Of a stretch of DNA of 64,000 bases, positions 37,880 through 51,289 are shown one piece after another. Within the stretch, counting starts at the first letter, position 1. Each line of letters opens with the position of its first letter. The DNA lies in contig NIVC01000734.1 of assembly GCA_002269645.1 (NCBI GenBank), positions 186,001-250,000 on the forward strand, written 5' to 3'. This stretch comes from Macrostomum lignano. Its lineage: Eukaryota. Below the pieces are notes generated by a model. It had not been told where the DNA came from and made no database searches. It was given only the letters and a program-made list of their open reading frames with translations. Both the position numbers and the translations under genes were made by a program.

Positions 37880-37995
37880 CCATAGAGTTTTTAAACTGAG
37901 CCACAATGTCGTCTATTGGCATTTCGTCGTCGCAGTCAGGCTGGTCGGCGCCCTCCTGCCGGTCTTCGCTTTCATCCCAGGCTGCCGTTGGCGAC
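37880..37995 (-). CDS. CBARP: CBARP-like exon 2 (RSPTAAWDESEDRQEG...AQFKNSM)
   Basis: cccacag|G...ATGG|gtgagt; phase 2 in, phase 1 out. Confidence 0.75.
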
Positions 37996-38030
37996 CTGTG
38001 GGCGAATGGGAAATGTTGAAGGCAAAAGGG

Positions 38031-39683
38031 AGAGGATGGGGAAGGGATAGCATGGGGAAGGGATAGCATGGGGAAGGGATAGCATGGGGAAGGGATAGCA
38101 TGGGGAAGGGATAGCATGGGGAAGGGATAGCATTGGGAAGGGATAGCATTGGGAAGGGATAGCATTGGGAAGGGATAGCATAGGGAAGGGATAGCATGGG
38201 GAAGGGATAGCATGGGGAAGGGATAGCATGGGGAAGGGACAGCATAGGGAAGGGATAGCATGGGGAAGGGATAGCATTGGGAAGGGATAGCATGGGGAAG
38301 GGAGAGGATGGGGAAGGGATAGCATGGGGAAGAGATAGCATGGGGAAGAGATAGCATGGGGAAGAGATAGCATGGGGAAGAGAGAGCATGGGGAAGGGAT
38401 AGCATGGGGAAGGGATAGCATGGGGAAGGGATAGCATGGGGAAGAGAGATAGCATGGGGAAGAGATAGCATGGGGAAGGGACAGCATAGGGAAGGGATAG
38501 CATGGGGAAGGGATAGCATTGGGAAGGGATAGCATGGGGAAGTGAGAGGATGGGGAAGGGATAGCATGGGGAAGAGATAGCATGGGGAAGAGATAGCATG
38601 GGAAGAGATAGCATGGGGAAGAGATAGCATGGGAATAGACAGCATGGGGAAGAGATAGCATGGGGAAGAGAGATAGCATGGGAAGAGATAGCATGGGGAA
38701 GAGATAGCATGGGGAAGAGATAGCATGGGGAAGAGAGATAGCATGGGAATAGATAGCATGGGGAAGAAATAGCATGGGGAAGAGATAGCATGGGGAAGAG
38801 ATAGCATGGGGAAGGGATAGCATGGGGAAGGGATAGCATGGGGAAGGGATAGCATGGGGAAGAGAGATAGCATGGGGAAGAGATAGCATGGGGAAGAGAT
38901 AGCATGGGGAAGAGATAGCATGGGGAAGAGAGATAGCATGGGAATAGATAGCATGGGGAAGGGATAGCATGGGGAAGGGATAGCATGGGGAAGGGATAGC
39001 ATGGGGAAGGGATAGCATGGGGAAGAGAGATAGCATGGGGAAGAGATAGCATGGGGAAGAGATAGCATGGGGAATAGATAGCATGGGGAAGAGATAGCAT
39101 GGGGAAGAGATAGCATGGGGAAGAGATAGCATGGGGAAGGGATAGCGTGGGGAAGAGATAGCATGGGGAAGAGATAGCATGGGGAAGAGATAGCATGGGG
39201 AAGAGATAGCATGGGGAAGAGAGATAGCATGGGAATAGATAGCATGGGGAAGAGATAGCATGGGGAAGAGATAGCATGGGGAAGAGATAACATGGGGAAG
39301 AGAGATAGCATGGGAATAGATAGCATGGGAAGAGATAGCATGGGGAAGGGATAGCATGGGGAAGGGAGAGGATGGGGAAGGGAGAGGATGGGGAAGGGAT
39401 AGCATGGGGAAGGGATAGCATGGGGAAGGGAGAGGATGGGGAAGGGAGAGGATGGGGAAGGGATAGCATGGGGAAGGGAGAGGATGGGGAAGGGAGAGGA
39501 TGGGGAAGGGATAGCATGGGGAAGGGATAGCATGGGGAAGGGAGAGGATGGGGAAGGGAGAGGATGGGGAAGGGATAGCATGGGGAAGGGAGAGGATGGG
39601 AAGAGATAGCATGGGGAAGGGAGAGGATGGGGAAGAGATAGCATGGGGAAGGGAGAGGATGGGGAAGGAGAGCATGGGGAAGG
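38031..39683. repeat. Minisatellite, 16-bp unit GGGGAAGGGATAGCAT
   Basis: Direct reading; source of the 570-620-aa spurious ORFs. Confidence 0.97.
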
Positions 39684-40259
39684 ATAAAAACACGAGCTGT
39701 CAGCATGGAGCAATAAGAGGTTGAATTATCCAGAGAATTCATCGTCAAGGAAGAGAAACAAAATTCTAAAAAAGCATCTGCAGCCTAATCAATAATGCAA
39801 CATTACTTGTACGAGTATGTGTTTACTATTTTTTGAGCACAGCTACTCTTGAGTCTTCTCTCTCGGAATTAAAATTTCTCTGCAGGCTAACAGGTGCTGT
39901 TTTACTAATTTATGACCGCCACGAAAGTACAGTGAATAATTTTTTGCAAGAGAGTGAGCGCTTTTTTAATTATTTCATTTAAATCGGGCCGTACGCAATT
40001 CAACAAACTGGTTTCAAATTAAAAAAAACATTTTTTGCTTTTTTCCTTTTAATTTCGTATCAATTTGATTACAAAAACCAACATCAAAGAGACTGAAAAA
40101 TCTAAACTGTCAATTTGGTCTTTATCCTTTGAAAGGGAAACGTAATTCTAATTACAATTTTATCAAAGCTTTTTGTGCAACAGTTTGATTGCTAAAATTT
40201 GTCCCAGCAAAATGAGATGGTTTTCTAGGCTGGGGGCATGGCCCTTTGTCTGTTCAAAC

Positions 40260-41450
40260 ACATGATCGTTTATATACCTAACGCATGATCCTTCATGTAC
40301 CCATCACATTATCCTTCATGTACCCATCACATGATCCTTTATGTACGTATTACGTGATCCTTCATGTACCTATCACATGATCCTTCATGTACATATCACA
40401 TGATCCTTCATGCACCTATCACATGATCCTTCATGTACCTATAACATGATCCTTTATATACCTAACGCATGATCCTTCATGTATCTATCACATGATCCTT
40501 CATGTATCTATCACATTATCCTTCATGTACCTATCACATGATCCTTCATGTACCTATCACATGATCCTTCATGTACATATCACATGATCCTTCATGTACC
40601 TATAACATGATCCTTCATGTACCTATCACATGATCCTTCATGTACCCATCACATGATCCTTTATGTACCTATAACATGATCCTTTATATACCTAACGCAG
40701 GATCTTCCATGTACCTATCACATGATCCTTCATGTATCTATCACATGATCCTTTATGTACATATCACATGATACTTCATGTACATATCACATGACCCTTC
40801 AGGTACTTATCACATGATCCTTCATGTACCTATCGCACGATCCCTTATGTACGTATTACATGATCCTTCATGTACCTATCACATGATCCTTCATGTACCT
40901 ATCACATGATCCTTCATGTACCTATCACATGATCCTTCATGTACCTATCACATGATCCTTCATGTACATATTACACGATCCTTCATGTACATATCACACG
41001 ATCCTTCATGTACATATTACACGATCCTTCATGTACTTATCACATGATCCTTCAGGTACTTATCGCATGATCCTTCATGTACATATTACACGATCCTTCA
41101 TGTACTTATCACATGATCCTTCAGGTACTTATCGCATGATAATTCATGTACATATTACACGATCCTTCATGTACTTATCACATGATCCTTCAGGTACTTA
41201 TCGCATGATAATTCATGTACATATTACACGATCCTTCATGTACTTATCACATGATCCTTCAGGTACTTATCGCATGATAATTCATGTACATATTACACGA
41301 TCCTTCATGTACTTATCACATGATCCTTCAGGTACTTATCGCATGATAATTCATGTACATATTACACGATCCTTCATGTACTTATCACATGATCCTTCAG
41401 GTACTTATCGCATGATAATTCATGTACGTATTACATTATCCTTCCTTCAT
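40260..41450. repeat. Minisatellite, ~23-bp unit CATGATCCTTCATGTACCTATCA, becoming a 69-bp higher-order repeat at right
   Basis: Direct reading; the ORF at 40962 repeats every 23 aa. Confidence 0.93.
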
Positions 41451-42164
41451 GTAATTATCAAATTTGTACCGAAAACATCATCTTAGTATACCTAACATAT
41501 GATTTTTCATGTCCGGCACATGATCCTATATTTCTATCACACTTCCAGGGTAGCAAGGTGAACCCATTTGAGCCATATGAAACTCACCCTCTTCTCAGAG
41601 GTTCAGCGGCTGAGCAGTAGTCTGAGTCCAGCTCGTGCGGTATGGCCATAGAACTCTCGAAATTATAGTTCAAGCTGCTCTTCCGTCTGAATTGGGACAA
41701 GAATTCACAGTTTTGTAAATGAGTTACTATATACATGTAATATATAAAAATAGTTAATAGAAATAAAAATCTTTTATGCAGCGGCGTAGCCCTGCTAATA
41801 AAGTTTTGAAGTTTATTATCATAAACAAATTTAAAAAATTTAGCGACTTGGATCTGTGGAACTGGAACTCTGGCCTCTCACCGGCAAAAAGCCTTCCACA
41901 GACCCCTGATCATGTTACAATTGGACACTGACTATGAGATGTTGTCTCTCTGCCTCTGCCTTGCGACTTGCGCCACTGTCTGTGTTACGTTGGTTATTTG
42001 AACAGATTTTTTTCAAAGTTTTCAGATCAAATAACATTTTACCATCGGCAATGAAGGAATGAATAAACATGAAGGTTAATTAATTACTTAAATCAAGGTG
42101 ACGAAAGTCAACCCGCAGGTTTAATTGGGTTCACATTTAAAAGAATCGTCTTGACAACCATAAA

Positions 42165-42365
42165 AGCCGCATGGGAAATTTCTGAGATGTCAAGGCTAAT
42201 GGGGGGAATTGCTGAGATGTCAGAGGCTCATGGGGGAATTGTTGAGATGTCAAGGCTAATGGGGCAATATATGAGATGTCAAGGCTCATGGAGGAATTGC
42301 TGAGATATCAAGGCTTATGGGGGAATTGCTGAGATGTCAAGGCTCATGGGGGAATTGCTGAGATG
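42165..42365. repeat. ~30-bp tandem repeat GCTGAGATGTCAAGGCTCATGGGGGAATT
   Basis: Direct reading, ~6 copies. Confidence 0.85.
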
Positions 42366-43076
42366 AAAATGTGTTGAAGAGCTCATTGGGGGTTGCTCAG
42401 AAGCTTTGATGCTTCTTACCGAAGCCGAAATAGCTGGCTTACCGGGCGGATGGTTTTTTCTTTAAACACCATTTTCCTTAAAGTCTGATGACTGTAAATG
42501 GCCAAAACCTATATTTATTTCATTTCAAAAAATTCCCATTCCTTTCTTTTTCGCCTCCCCAAACGGGGGGGGGCGCTGATTGCTAGTCCATATACTAAAA
42601 ATGGTTTTTCGGTATCTATCTAGTTGAAATATACTAATCATTTTTTCAAACGTTCAGTTAAGAAACTCATATGAACCTGATGAAGATAGAACGCCTGCAG
42701 CATATTTAGTTATTGCAACTAAAAATAGTTTATAAACATACAGTAAAATAAGCAAGGTAGGAGCGCTAAAAATAAGCGCACCGTTGTGAATTATTAATTG
42801 CTGATTTCCATGGTATATGGTTAGTCACACGCAACTTATAGGCTAAAGATTCTTTTCCAACTAAAATGTGATCAGAGTCCACTGCAGTTATTGATATTGC
42901 TATGAACATTTAGATACAACTGGTCACGTATTAATAATCTTTTTTTTCATTGCTAGGCGGATACAAGCCAGTGATGGATGGAGGTCAGAGAGAATTCTGT
43001 GACATTCTGATAAACAGATTAATGACTGATGGCCGAGCTGTGGACTGGGGTCCAGGGCTTCTGATTTTTCATGCTA

Positions 43077-43402
43077 GTGAACTGAGATGAGAGTGAACTG
43101 GGATGAGAGTGAACTGAGATGAGAGTGAACTGGGATGAGAGTAAACAGAGATGAGAGTAAACAGAGATGAGAGTAAACAGAGATGAGAGTAAACAGAGAT
43201 AAGAGTGAACAGAGATGAGAGTGAACTGAGATAAGAGTGAACAGAGATGAGAGTGAACTGAGATAAGAGTGAACTGAGATGAGAGTGAACTGGGATGAGA
43301 GTGAACTGAGATGAGAGTGAACTGAGATAAGAGTGAACTGGGATGAGAGTAAACAGAGATGAGAGTAAACAGAGATGAGAGTGAACAAAGATGAGAGTGA
43401 AC
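43077..43402. repeat. 16-bp tandem repeat GAGTGAACTGAGATGA
   Basis: Direct reading. Confidence 0.93.
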
Positions 43403-43974
43403 TAACTAAATGAAATTGTTTCCTGTGACGCAGTTCGGTCAGCACTGAATGAAAATGTATAAATATAGTCTCCGGGAGATGATGACAGACGAGAATGCAG
43501 TGCGGCAGAGAGGATAAATAGGGGGGGGGGCATTTGGGAAGAGGGGACGCCTTAGCCCAGGGTTGCTCTCACGGGGCGAAGCAGATGGTCGCATTAGTCG
43601 TCTAAGTCCGGCTCTCTGCTTTCTAGTTCTGAAACTGGACCAGCCTCATTTTGAGTTGAGTCAGCAGCGAGCTGAGCTCCCCATATATCCAACTGCCGCA
43701 TCGGAGTCATGAATAATTCAGCCCCCCCCCCGTCTCCGCATGCGAATGACCAGCGGGACGCCAAGCGCCCAGCTTTTGGTCGTTAAATTTTGGGCGGGAG
43801 AAACGGATGACGAGGAAAAAATAAAGACAGATTGAGTGCTCGGTCGAGCTGCGGCGAAGGGGGGAGGGGCGGGGCGAGGACAGGAACTCGAATTTGTTGT
43901 TATGGCAATTTGAATGAAGAGGATTGTGGGAATAAAGGGATTATTGAGATGATGAGCAGCCTTCTGGGTATTGC

Positions 43975-44240
43975 TCATTTGTGAGGATGAGGATTTTGAG
44001 TATAGGGATTAAAAGGATCAGAATTTTGAGGATGGGAATTATGAGGATGAGGATTATGAGGATGAGGATTGTGAGGATGAGGTCTGTGAGAATCAGGATT
44101 GAGTGTGAGGATTATGGGGATGAGGATTACGAGGATGAGGATTATGAGTGTGAGGATTATGGAGATGAGGATTATGAGGATGAGGATTATGAGGATGAGA
44201 ATTATGGGGATGAGGAATTTGAGGACGAGGATGATCAGAA
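43975..44240. repeat. Degenerate GAGGATGAGGATTAT repeat
   Basis: Direct reading. Confidence 0.85.
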
Positions 44241-44927
44241 TAAGGTCCAAGAAAATTAATATCGTGAGAAGAAGGATGATGTAACATGGAATTTAGGGAG
44301 TTATATGTCAGGGCAGCAGGTTCTATAAGCGGATGTTTCTGACACAGGAAGGTAACACCTGCAGGCTCTGCCCCCGAAAAAATTCAATTAGGAACTGGCA
44401 AGAGCAAGGATTTTTAATCTGTCTCCTGTTTCTCTTCTCTGCCCCTCCGGCACTGAAAAGAAAGACAAATATTTGAATTTCGTGCCGGGTGGAGTCACGG
44501 TTGGAGTACAGAGGCAGCCAATTGACGTCACAGGATATTCTTTGTCTCTTTTCCCTCTGCTCAGCTTGGCAACCCTGCCATCTCGGCCGGGCTTGCCTGT
44601 TAATGCTTGTGTCACAATGGCTGTGCCAGGCCGAGAACAGAAAAGGCGCCCTGTGGCAGCTTGGAAAGTGCATCAAATTTGTGGCCACGTGATTTTTGAA
44701 TGCTTATTTTTTTGTCAGTTTGGATTGTTCAGAGCGCATCGAGGGTAGAAACAGATGGATGCGGGATTGAGACGGGGGATTAAAGTACAACGGATCAAAT
44801 CGAATGCGTGCCATTATTTTCATTGGAAAATATTTGTTTTTTTATTTTTTAACAGATTTATGATCGTAAAAATTTATTGTGTCAGATTGAGACAGCATTG
44901 GACACTGCCCGAGTGAAGGTGCTATCG

Positions 44928-45588
44928 ATAGAGTGACAGTGAAAGAGTGACAGTTCTGGAGTGATAGTGGGAGAGTGGCGGTGGGAAAGTGACAGTAGGA
45001 GAATGACAGTGAGAGAGTGACAGTGAGAGAGTGACAGTGGGAGAGTGACAGTCCTGGAGTGGACAGTCCTGTCCGGGAGGGACAGTCCTGGAGTGACAGT
45101 ACTGTCCGGGAGTGACAGTCCTGTCCGAGAGTGACAGTCCTGTCCGAGAGTGACAGTCCTGTCCGAGAGTGACAGTCCTGTCCGAGAGTGACAGTCCTGT
45201 CCGAGAGTGACAGTCCTGTCCGAGAGTGACAGTCCTGTCCGAGAGTGACAGTCCTGTCCGAGAGTGACAGTCCTGTCCGAGAGTGACAGTCCTGTCCGAG
45301 AGTGACAGTCCTGTCCGAGAGTGACAGTCCTGTTCGAGAGTGACAGTCCTGTCCGAGAGTGGCAGTCCTGTCCGAGAGTGACAGTCCTGTCCGAGAGTGA
45401 CAGTCCTGTCCGAGAGTGACAGTCCTGTCCGAGAGTGACAGTCCTGTCCGAGAGTGACAGTCCTGTCCGAGAGTGACAGTCCTGTCCGAGAGTGACAGTC
45501 CTGTCCGAGAGTGACAGTCCTGTCCGAGAGTGACAGTCCTGTCCGAGAGTGACAGTCCTGTCCGAGAGTGACAGTCCTGGAGTGATAG
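44928..45588. repeat. 19-bp tandem repeat GAGTGACAGTCCTGTCCGA
   Basis: Direct reading; highly homogeneous core. Confidence 0.95.
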
Positions 45589-46602
45589 TGCTAATGCGGT
45601 CACTAGAATGTTAAAGAGACAGAAAAAGTGCCTGTTACGTGTCAGAATAAATTAAAATAATTTCGATGTTTTTAATTTAAATTTCCCCCTAAATTCACGT
45701 AAAGGCAGACACATCACTAAATAAGATGATAAAAGGATGCATACGAGCTACTAAAAACCAGTTGACGATGCTGTGTAGTCACTTTTAATAATTAATCTTG
45801 GAAATATTTAGAACCAATTTACAAGCGAAATTAGCCTCTGATTTGTCATTATCATTATGAAAAAAAGACTTTTGCGTCACAAAGAGACAGACGCAAGAGA
45901 TCGAGACAGATTTTTTCACATTTTTATGTTATAAGTAGACTCTTTGGAGCATGTAAAGAGAAAGAGAGGGTAAATAGAGGGAGGGTAAAGAGGTAGAGGG
46001 TAAAGAGAGTGAGGTTAAAGAGGGAGAGGGTAAAGAGGGAGAGGGTAAAAAGGGAGAGGGAAAGATGGAGAGGATGAATAAGGCGAGAGTAAAGAGGGAG
46101 AGAGAAGGTAAATAAGGAGGGTAAATAAGGAGAGGGTAAAGAGGGAGAGGGTAGGGGAGAGGGGAAAGAGGGAGAGGGTAAAGAGGGAGAGGATAGAGTT
46201 AAGGCACTGGGAATCAGTTATAGCTTGCGGTTAACTAAATGTAGTATCAACCCTGGAGTTGATATCTGAGGCAGCCAATACTACTTTAAATGCTACATTT
46301 TCTATCCAGGGTCTTGGGTGACAGTGTCAATGTTTAACAGTGCAGCAAGCACTGCGCGACGCCATTCTCCCGTGTAGCAAACCAGTACATTTTAGTCTAA
46401 TGGGAAATCGGCCTCGTGTGCAACAGAAATCCCAGGATTAATGGGAAAGTTAATGGAGAAACATCAAACGGCTCTGAAATTGGATTCTGTAGTTTTAAGT
46501 AGAATAAATTAGACTGGGTTATCAAAGGATTTAAGATTAGCATTGGGAAATATATCTAGGCGCACTAGAAGCTAATTTAATGTATAAAGGGCGCTTGATT
46601 CC

Positions 46603-47356
46603 CATGAAGTGTCACTGATTGGGGGTCAAGCATCCCCGGGAAGTGTCACTGATTGGGGGGTCAAGCATCCCCATGAAGTGTCACTGATTGGGGGGTCAAG
46701 CATCCTCGTGAAGTGTATCACTGATTTGGGGGGGGGGGGTCAAGCATCCCCGTGAAGTGTCACTGATTGTGGGGTCAAGCATCCCCGTGAAGTGTCACTG
46801 ATTGGGGGGTCAAGCATCCCCGGGAAGTGTCACTGATTGGGGGGTCAAGCATCCCCATGAAGTGTCACTGATTGGGGGGTCAAGCATCCTCGTGAAGTGT
46901 ATCACTGATTTGGGGGGGTCAAGCATCCCCGTGAAGTGTTACTGATTGGGGGTCAAGCATCCCCGTGAAGTGTATCACTGATTTGGGGGGTCAAGCATCC
47001 CCGTGAAGTGTCACTGATTGGGGGGTCAAGCATCCCCGTGAAGTGTTACTGATTGTGGGGTCAAGCATCCCCGTGAAGTGTCACTGATTGGGGGGTCAAG
47101 CATCCCCGTGAAGTGTCACTGATTTGGGGGGGTCAAGCATCCCCGTGAAGTGTTACTGATTGGGGGGTCAAGCATCCCCGTGAAGTGTCACTGATTGGGG
47201 GGTCAAGCATCCCCGTGAAGTGTCACTGATTGGGGGGTCAAGCATCCCCGTGAAGTGCATCACTGATTTGGGGAGGGGGGTCAAGCAACCCCGTGAAGTG
47301 TCACTGATTGTGGGGTCAAGCATCCCCGTGAAGTGTCACTGATAGGGGGGTCAAGA
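46603..47356. repeat. ~35-bp tandem repeat GTCACTGATTGGGGGGTCAAGCATCCCCGTGAAGT
   Basis: Head-to-tail with no unique spacers. Confidence 0.95.
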
Positions 47357-47400
47357 GTATCCATGCAAACCATTAATCAAAAAGGTGTACACGCTGTTAC

Positions 47401-47576
47401 CTTCCACTGCCCGCAGCCCCGCTGAAGCAGCCGTGAGCAGCCGGTCCAGCTTCGCGGCCGCAGCAGAATTTGCACACGAGCAGCACGCCAAGCACCAGGA
47501 GGACACCTGCAAGGACACCGCCAGCCAAAAACAACACCATCATCCATGGTGGCGCTGCCGCAGTTGATGACGTCAT
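47401..47576 (-). CDS. CBARP: CBARP-like exon 1: N-terminal transmembrane helix plus juxtamembrane Cys motif
   Basis: ATG at 47576 gives MTSSTAAAPPWMMVLFLAGGVLAGVLLVLGVLLVCKFCCGREAG...GSG. Donor AG|gtaac, phase 2, joins exon 2. Resembles recalled CBARP MSLFVGGTLVVLSGVLLLCKRCW. Below the ORF-track length cutoff. Confidence 0.72.
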
Positions 47577-48409
47577 TAATGATTTATAGCGGCTATTAAA
47601 CTAGGTCTAGACAAAAAAATTGCAGTCAATTTTTCTGAATCCAGGAGGTCGCGTTGCGCACGTGTTTTTTAAAGAGACATAAAATTTGGATCTGACCGCT
47701 TATTGGTTACAATGGGCTCGGGCCAATGGGATCTGAGGCAGGAGATGACGGCAGCACGTCAGCTAGAGGGGAGATGAGGGAGATTAATGGGATTGTTTAG
47801 AGGTTGAAGCTACGGGATCGAGTGAGACATTGACGCAGTGCTGCTTGCTTGGTTGGGGAAGGGGGTCGCCTTTGTAAAAAAGTACTTAAGCTACCTGCAT
47901 GCATATGGGATTGACGTATTCGTAACAAAACAGTAATTAAAGTAACCTTTGCAAGCAGTTTTTCATTGCATGCGAGTAATTACTGTCTAAACAGGCTATT
48001 CCTTGAGTATATCATTGAGTATAGGCTTGTAGATGAATGGGAGAGCTAAATATTTCATATACATGTAGCTAGCATTGCTTCTTAATATCTTGGATACTTA
48101 TAAGTCTACTTGTAATCTAATGTACAGAATATACATGAACATACATGTATACTAATTTAATTATAGCTAGATAATGAGCAGATCTACATGTACACTACAT
48201 TCAGTTAAGGTTACGTACAGATATCGATACATTTAGTTAGGTAATGTACATATTAACACATCAATGTATAGCTACTAGATTATGTGATCTACAGAAATGC
48301 AGCTAAGGTTATGTACAGATATGGATAAATGTAGTTAGGTCTTGTACAGATTTACATATATCTATAGCTAGATTTAAACAGATCTACATACATAATGTAG
48401 CTAATTTAG

Positions 48410-48955
48410 GTTTAGCTAATGTGTAGCTAATGTGTAGCTAATGTAGATAATGTGTAGCTAATGTAGCTAATGTGTAGCTAATGTAGATAATGTGTAGCTA
48501 ATGTAGCTAATGTGTAGCTAATGTAGATAATGTGTAGCTAATGTAGCTAATGTGTAGCTAATGTAGATAATGTGTAGCTAATGTGTAGCTAATGTGTAGC
48601 TAATGTAGATAATGTGTAGCTGATGTAGCTAATGTGTAGCTAATGTAGATAATGTGTAGCTGATGTAGCTAATGTGTAGCTAATGTAGCTAATGTGTAGC
48701 TAATTTAAACAGATCTACATATATAATGTAGCTAATTTAGGTTTAGCTAATGTAGCTAATGTGTAGCTAATGTAGATAATGTGTAGCTAATGTAGCTAAT
48801 GTGTAGCTAATGTGTAGCTAATGTGGATAATGTGTAGCTAATGTAGCTAATGTGTAGCTAATGTAGCTAATGTGTAGCTGATGTAGCTAATGTGTAGCTA
48901 ATGTAGCTAATGTGTAGCTAATTTAAACAGATCTACATATATAATGTAGCTAATT
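48410..48955. repeat. TAGCTAATG(TG) 9/11-bp tandem repeat
   Basis: Direct reading. Confidence 0.9.
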
Positions 48956-50006
48956 CAGGTCATATACAGATTTACATTTATGTACAGCTAGATTATGCAT
49001 AGATCCACATGTACATCCTTTAACAAAAAATGTACGGATGTACACAAATGTAGCTAGATAATGTACAGATCGACATATATGCACTGAGTTAGTAGGTCAT
49101 GTACAGATGTAAATCCATGAAGCTAAAAGCATCATGCATCAAGTTTGATAATGTAAAAAGATCTACATGAACGCAGCTAGATTATGTACAGATCTATTTC
49201 AACGCGAAGCAACTTCTTGAATAATTTTTTCGCTCTTAATCAACGGCCATGCAGTAAACATGTAAATAGGTAACAATGCACAGCTTCCATCATTGGAACC
49301 TTTAGTGAGAGTTGGTGGCCGGTATGTTTAATGCAGTACTATACTTATCTTATGCATACGGACGATGATGACAGTTCTTGAAGTCGCGGATTAACGCTGC
49401 CGCAGGGCATTGTAATAAAAGGCGAGACATGCCTCACCGGGAGAATTAAAGGAATTAAAGACCTACAATCCTACATTCAAAAAGAAAATGGACGTAAGGA
49501 TTAAAAGGATCACTGGGACTAAAAATGTTGTCGACAGGTAACAGCTAAATCAGACGAGATGACAAGAAGTGACAGGATTATATTAGGCCTAAATTTTATT
49601 CAATATGCATTCGACATAGAGGGACTTTTTATATAGTCATAAAATATCAATATTTCATAATAAAAGTTCTACTGTTCTACGTCAGTTACAGTTCTTCATT
49701 GAAATCTGGTGAGAATATTGTTGACTTCAGCAAATATTTATCGCACGAGTGCACTGGTTTAATCGGGAATAAGCCTTCAAATCAGGTTGGGGGCAGAGGG
49801 GCAACAGTCGCAACAGTCGGCCGATCCGACACTTCATGCAAAAATTCCAACCTAAATAAATACCAAAGTACTAAGTAGATAACGAGGCATTTTGCCTTAA
49901 TAAGACAGTCATAGTTACCCCTGCCGTTTACCCAAAGTTGCGTTAATTTTCTATAGGGTTTCTGTTACATGTAAGTCGCATTGTAGACTTGTAGGCTAGT
50001 AACCTA

Positions 50007-50335
50007 GGGGGTTGTAGCCTAGTGGTCAGAGCACGACTTGCTCGACTTGGTCACGACTTAAAGGTCGGGGGTTCGATTGCCGAATCCCACTGGAACAATT
50101 TGTGTCCTTGAGCAAGACACTTTTCATTCTGCATTGCTCCAGCTCACCCAGCTGTAAAATGGGTGCCAGCATTAGCTGGGGTAATTGAGGCTGTGTGTGG
50201 CGACCCCCCAGTCCTTGGACTGAACAGCCGTACGCAGCCTTCAGATGTGCCGCGCAATTATAGCTGCGGCTGAGCTGTCGGTTGCACATCTGCCTTTTAG
50301 GGCAGATGTAATCAATTATTATTATTATTATTATC
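50007..50335 (+). mobile_element. tRNA-derived SINE with CORE-like central domain and (ATT)n tail
   Basis: Box A TAGCCTAGTGG (~50015), box B GTTCGATTGCC (~50071), GTGTCCTTGAGCAAGACACTT...CACCCAGCTGTAAAATGGG, 3' (ATT)n. Confidence 0.8.
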
Positions 50336-50726
50336 ATAAAAATAATTAAAATTCAATAATATCGTTATCTGTTAAAAGAAGGAATTTGATATTGATACAA
50401 AAGAGTTAGAAACGCCTTATGTTTTTATGTCAACTTATCAAGCACTTTTAATGAAAGTATACAATTGTACATGCGTGAGATGGGCAGCAATTGAGTTTAA
50501 TCGCATTTTGCAATATTAAAATATTACCTAAATGCTCGGTAATCTTAATTGACTAACGCTACTTTCAATAGCAAGCAGAAAATTGCAAGTAGAAATGGAT
50601 TATAAAAAAATATTAGCATTAATTTAAATAAATTTACCAAATTAATTAAGCAATAATAATAAGGTTTAATAATTAAACCGGGATAGTTAATATACGGTTC
50701 ATCCATTTTTACGCTCGTTTTTACTC

Positions 50727-51068
50727 TCACGGGTGATTGGGAGAATCTCAGGGGTGATTGGGAGAATCTCAGGAGTGATGAGGAGAATCTCAGGGGTGAT
50801 TGGGAGATTCTCAGGGGTGATGAGGAGAATCTCAGGGGTGATTGGGAGATTCTCAGGAGTGATGAGGAGAATCTCAGGGGCGATTAGAAGAATCTCGGGG
50901 ATGATTGGGAGAATCTCAGGGGTGATGAGGAGAATGTCAGGGGTGATGAGGAGAATCTCAGGGGTTATTGGGAGAATCTCAGGGGTGATGATGAGAATCT
51001 CAGGAGTGATGAGGAGAATCTCAGGGTGATGAGGAGAATCTCAGTGGTTATTGGGAGAATCTCAGTGA
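50727..51068. repeat. 21-bp tandem repeat GGAGAATCTCAGGGGTGAT(TG/GA)
   Basis: Direct reading; just 3' of FEN1. Confidence 0.92.
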
Positions 51069-51289
51069 TGCATAATTGATTTTGTAGAAATATTCATGCG
51101 AGATTCTCATGAGAAGATTTTTACAGTGAGATTTTTGGTAAGATTCTCATAGGATATTTTAAACGATTACTATATGGGATCATCATATGGGGTGCAAATT
51201 ATGATAAAATAGAATATGCGTTTAGTTACGCGCGCAGCTTAACAATAGTTTGATAGAAGCAGATAAACCGATTCCAATAAAAACTGTTC

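Noticed and set aside
37857-39748. Three overlapping 570-620-aa ORFs
   Set aside because: They are translations of a stop-free 16-bp satellite; only 37880-37995 is a real exon.
46603-47356. ~35-bp repeats of CRISPR-like length
   Set aside because: Head-to-tail with no unique spacers, in a eukaryotic intron, and no cas genes.
50007-50090. tRNA gene
   Set aside because: A/B boxes are present but there is no clean cloverleaf, and the sequence continues into a SINE body and tail.
47577-51289. FEN1 and CBARP-like as a trans-spliced operon
   Set aside because: Same strand, but 3.7 kb apart with a SINE and satellites between; no direct evidence.
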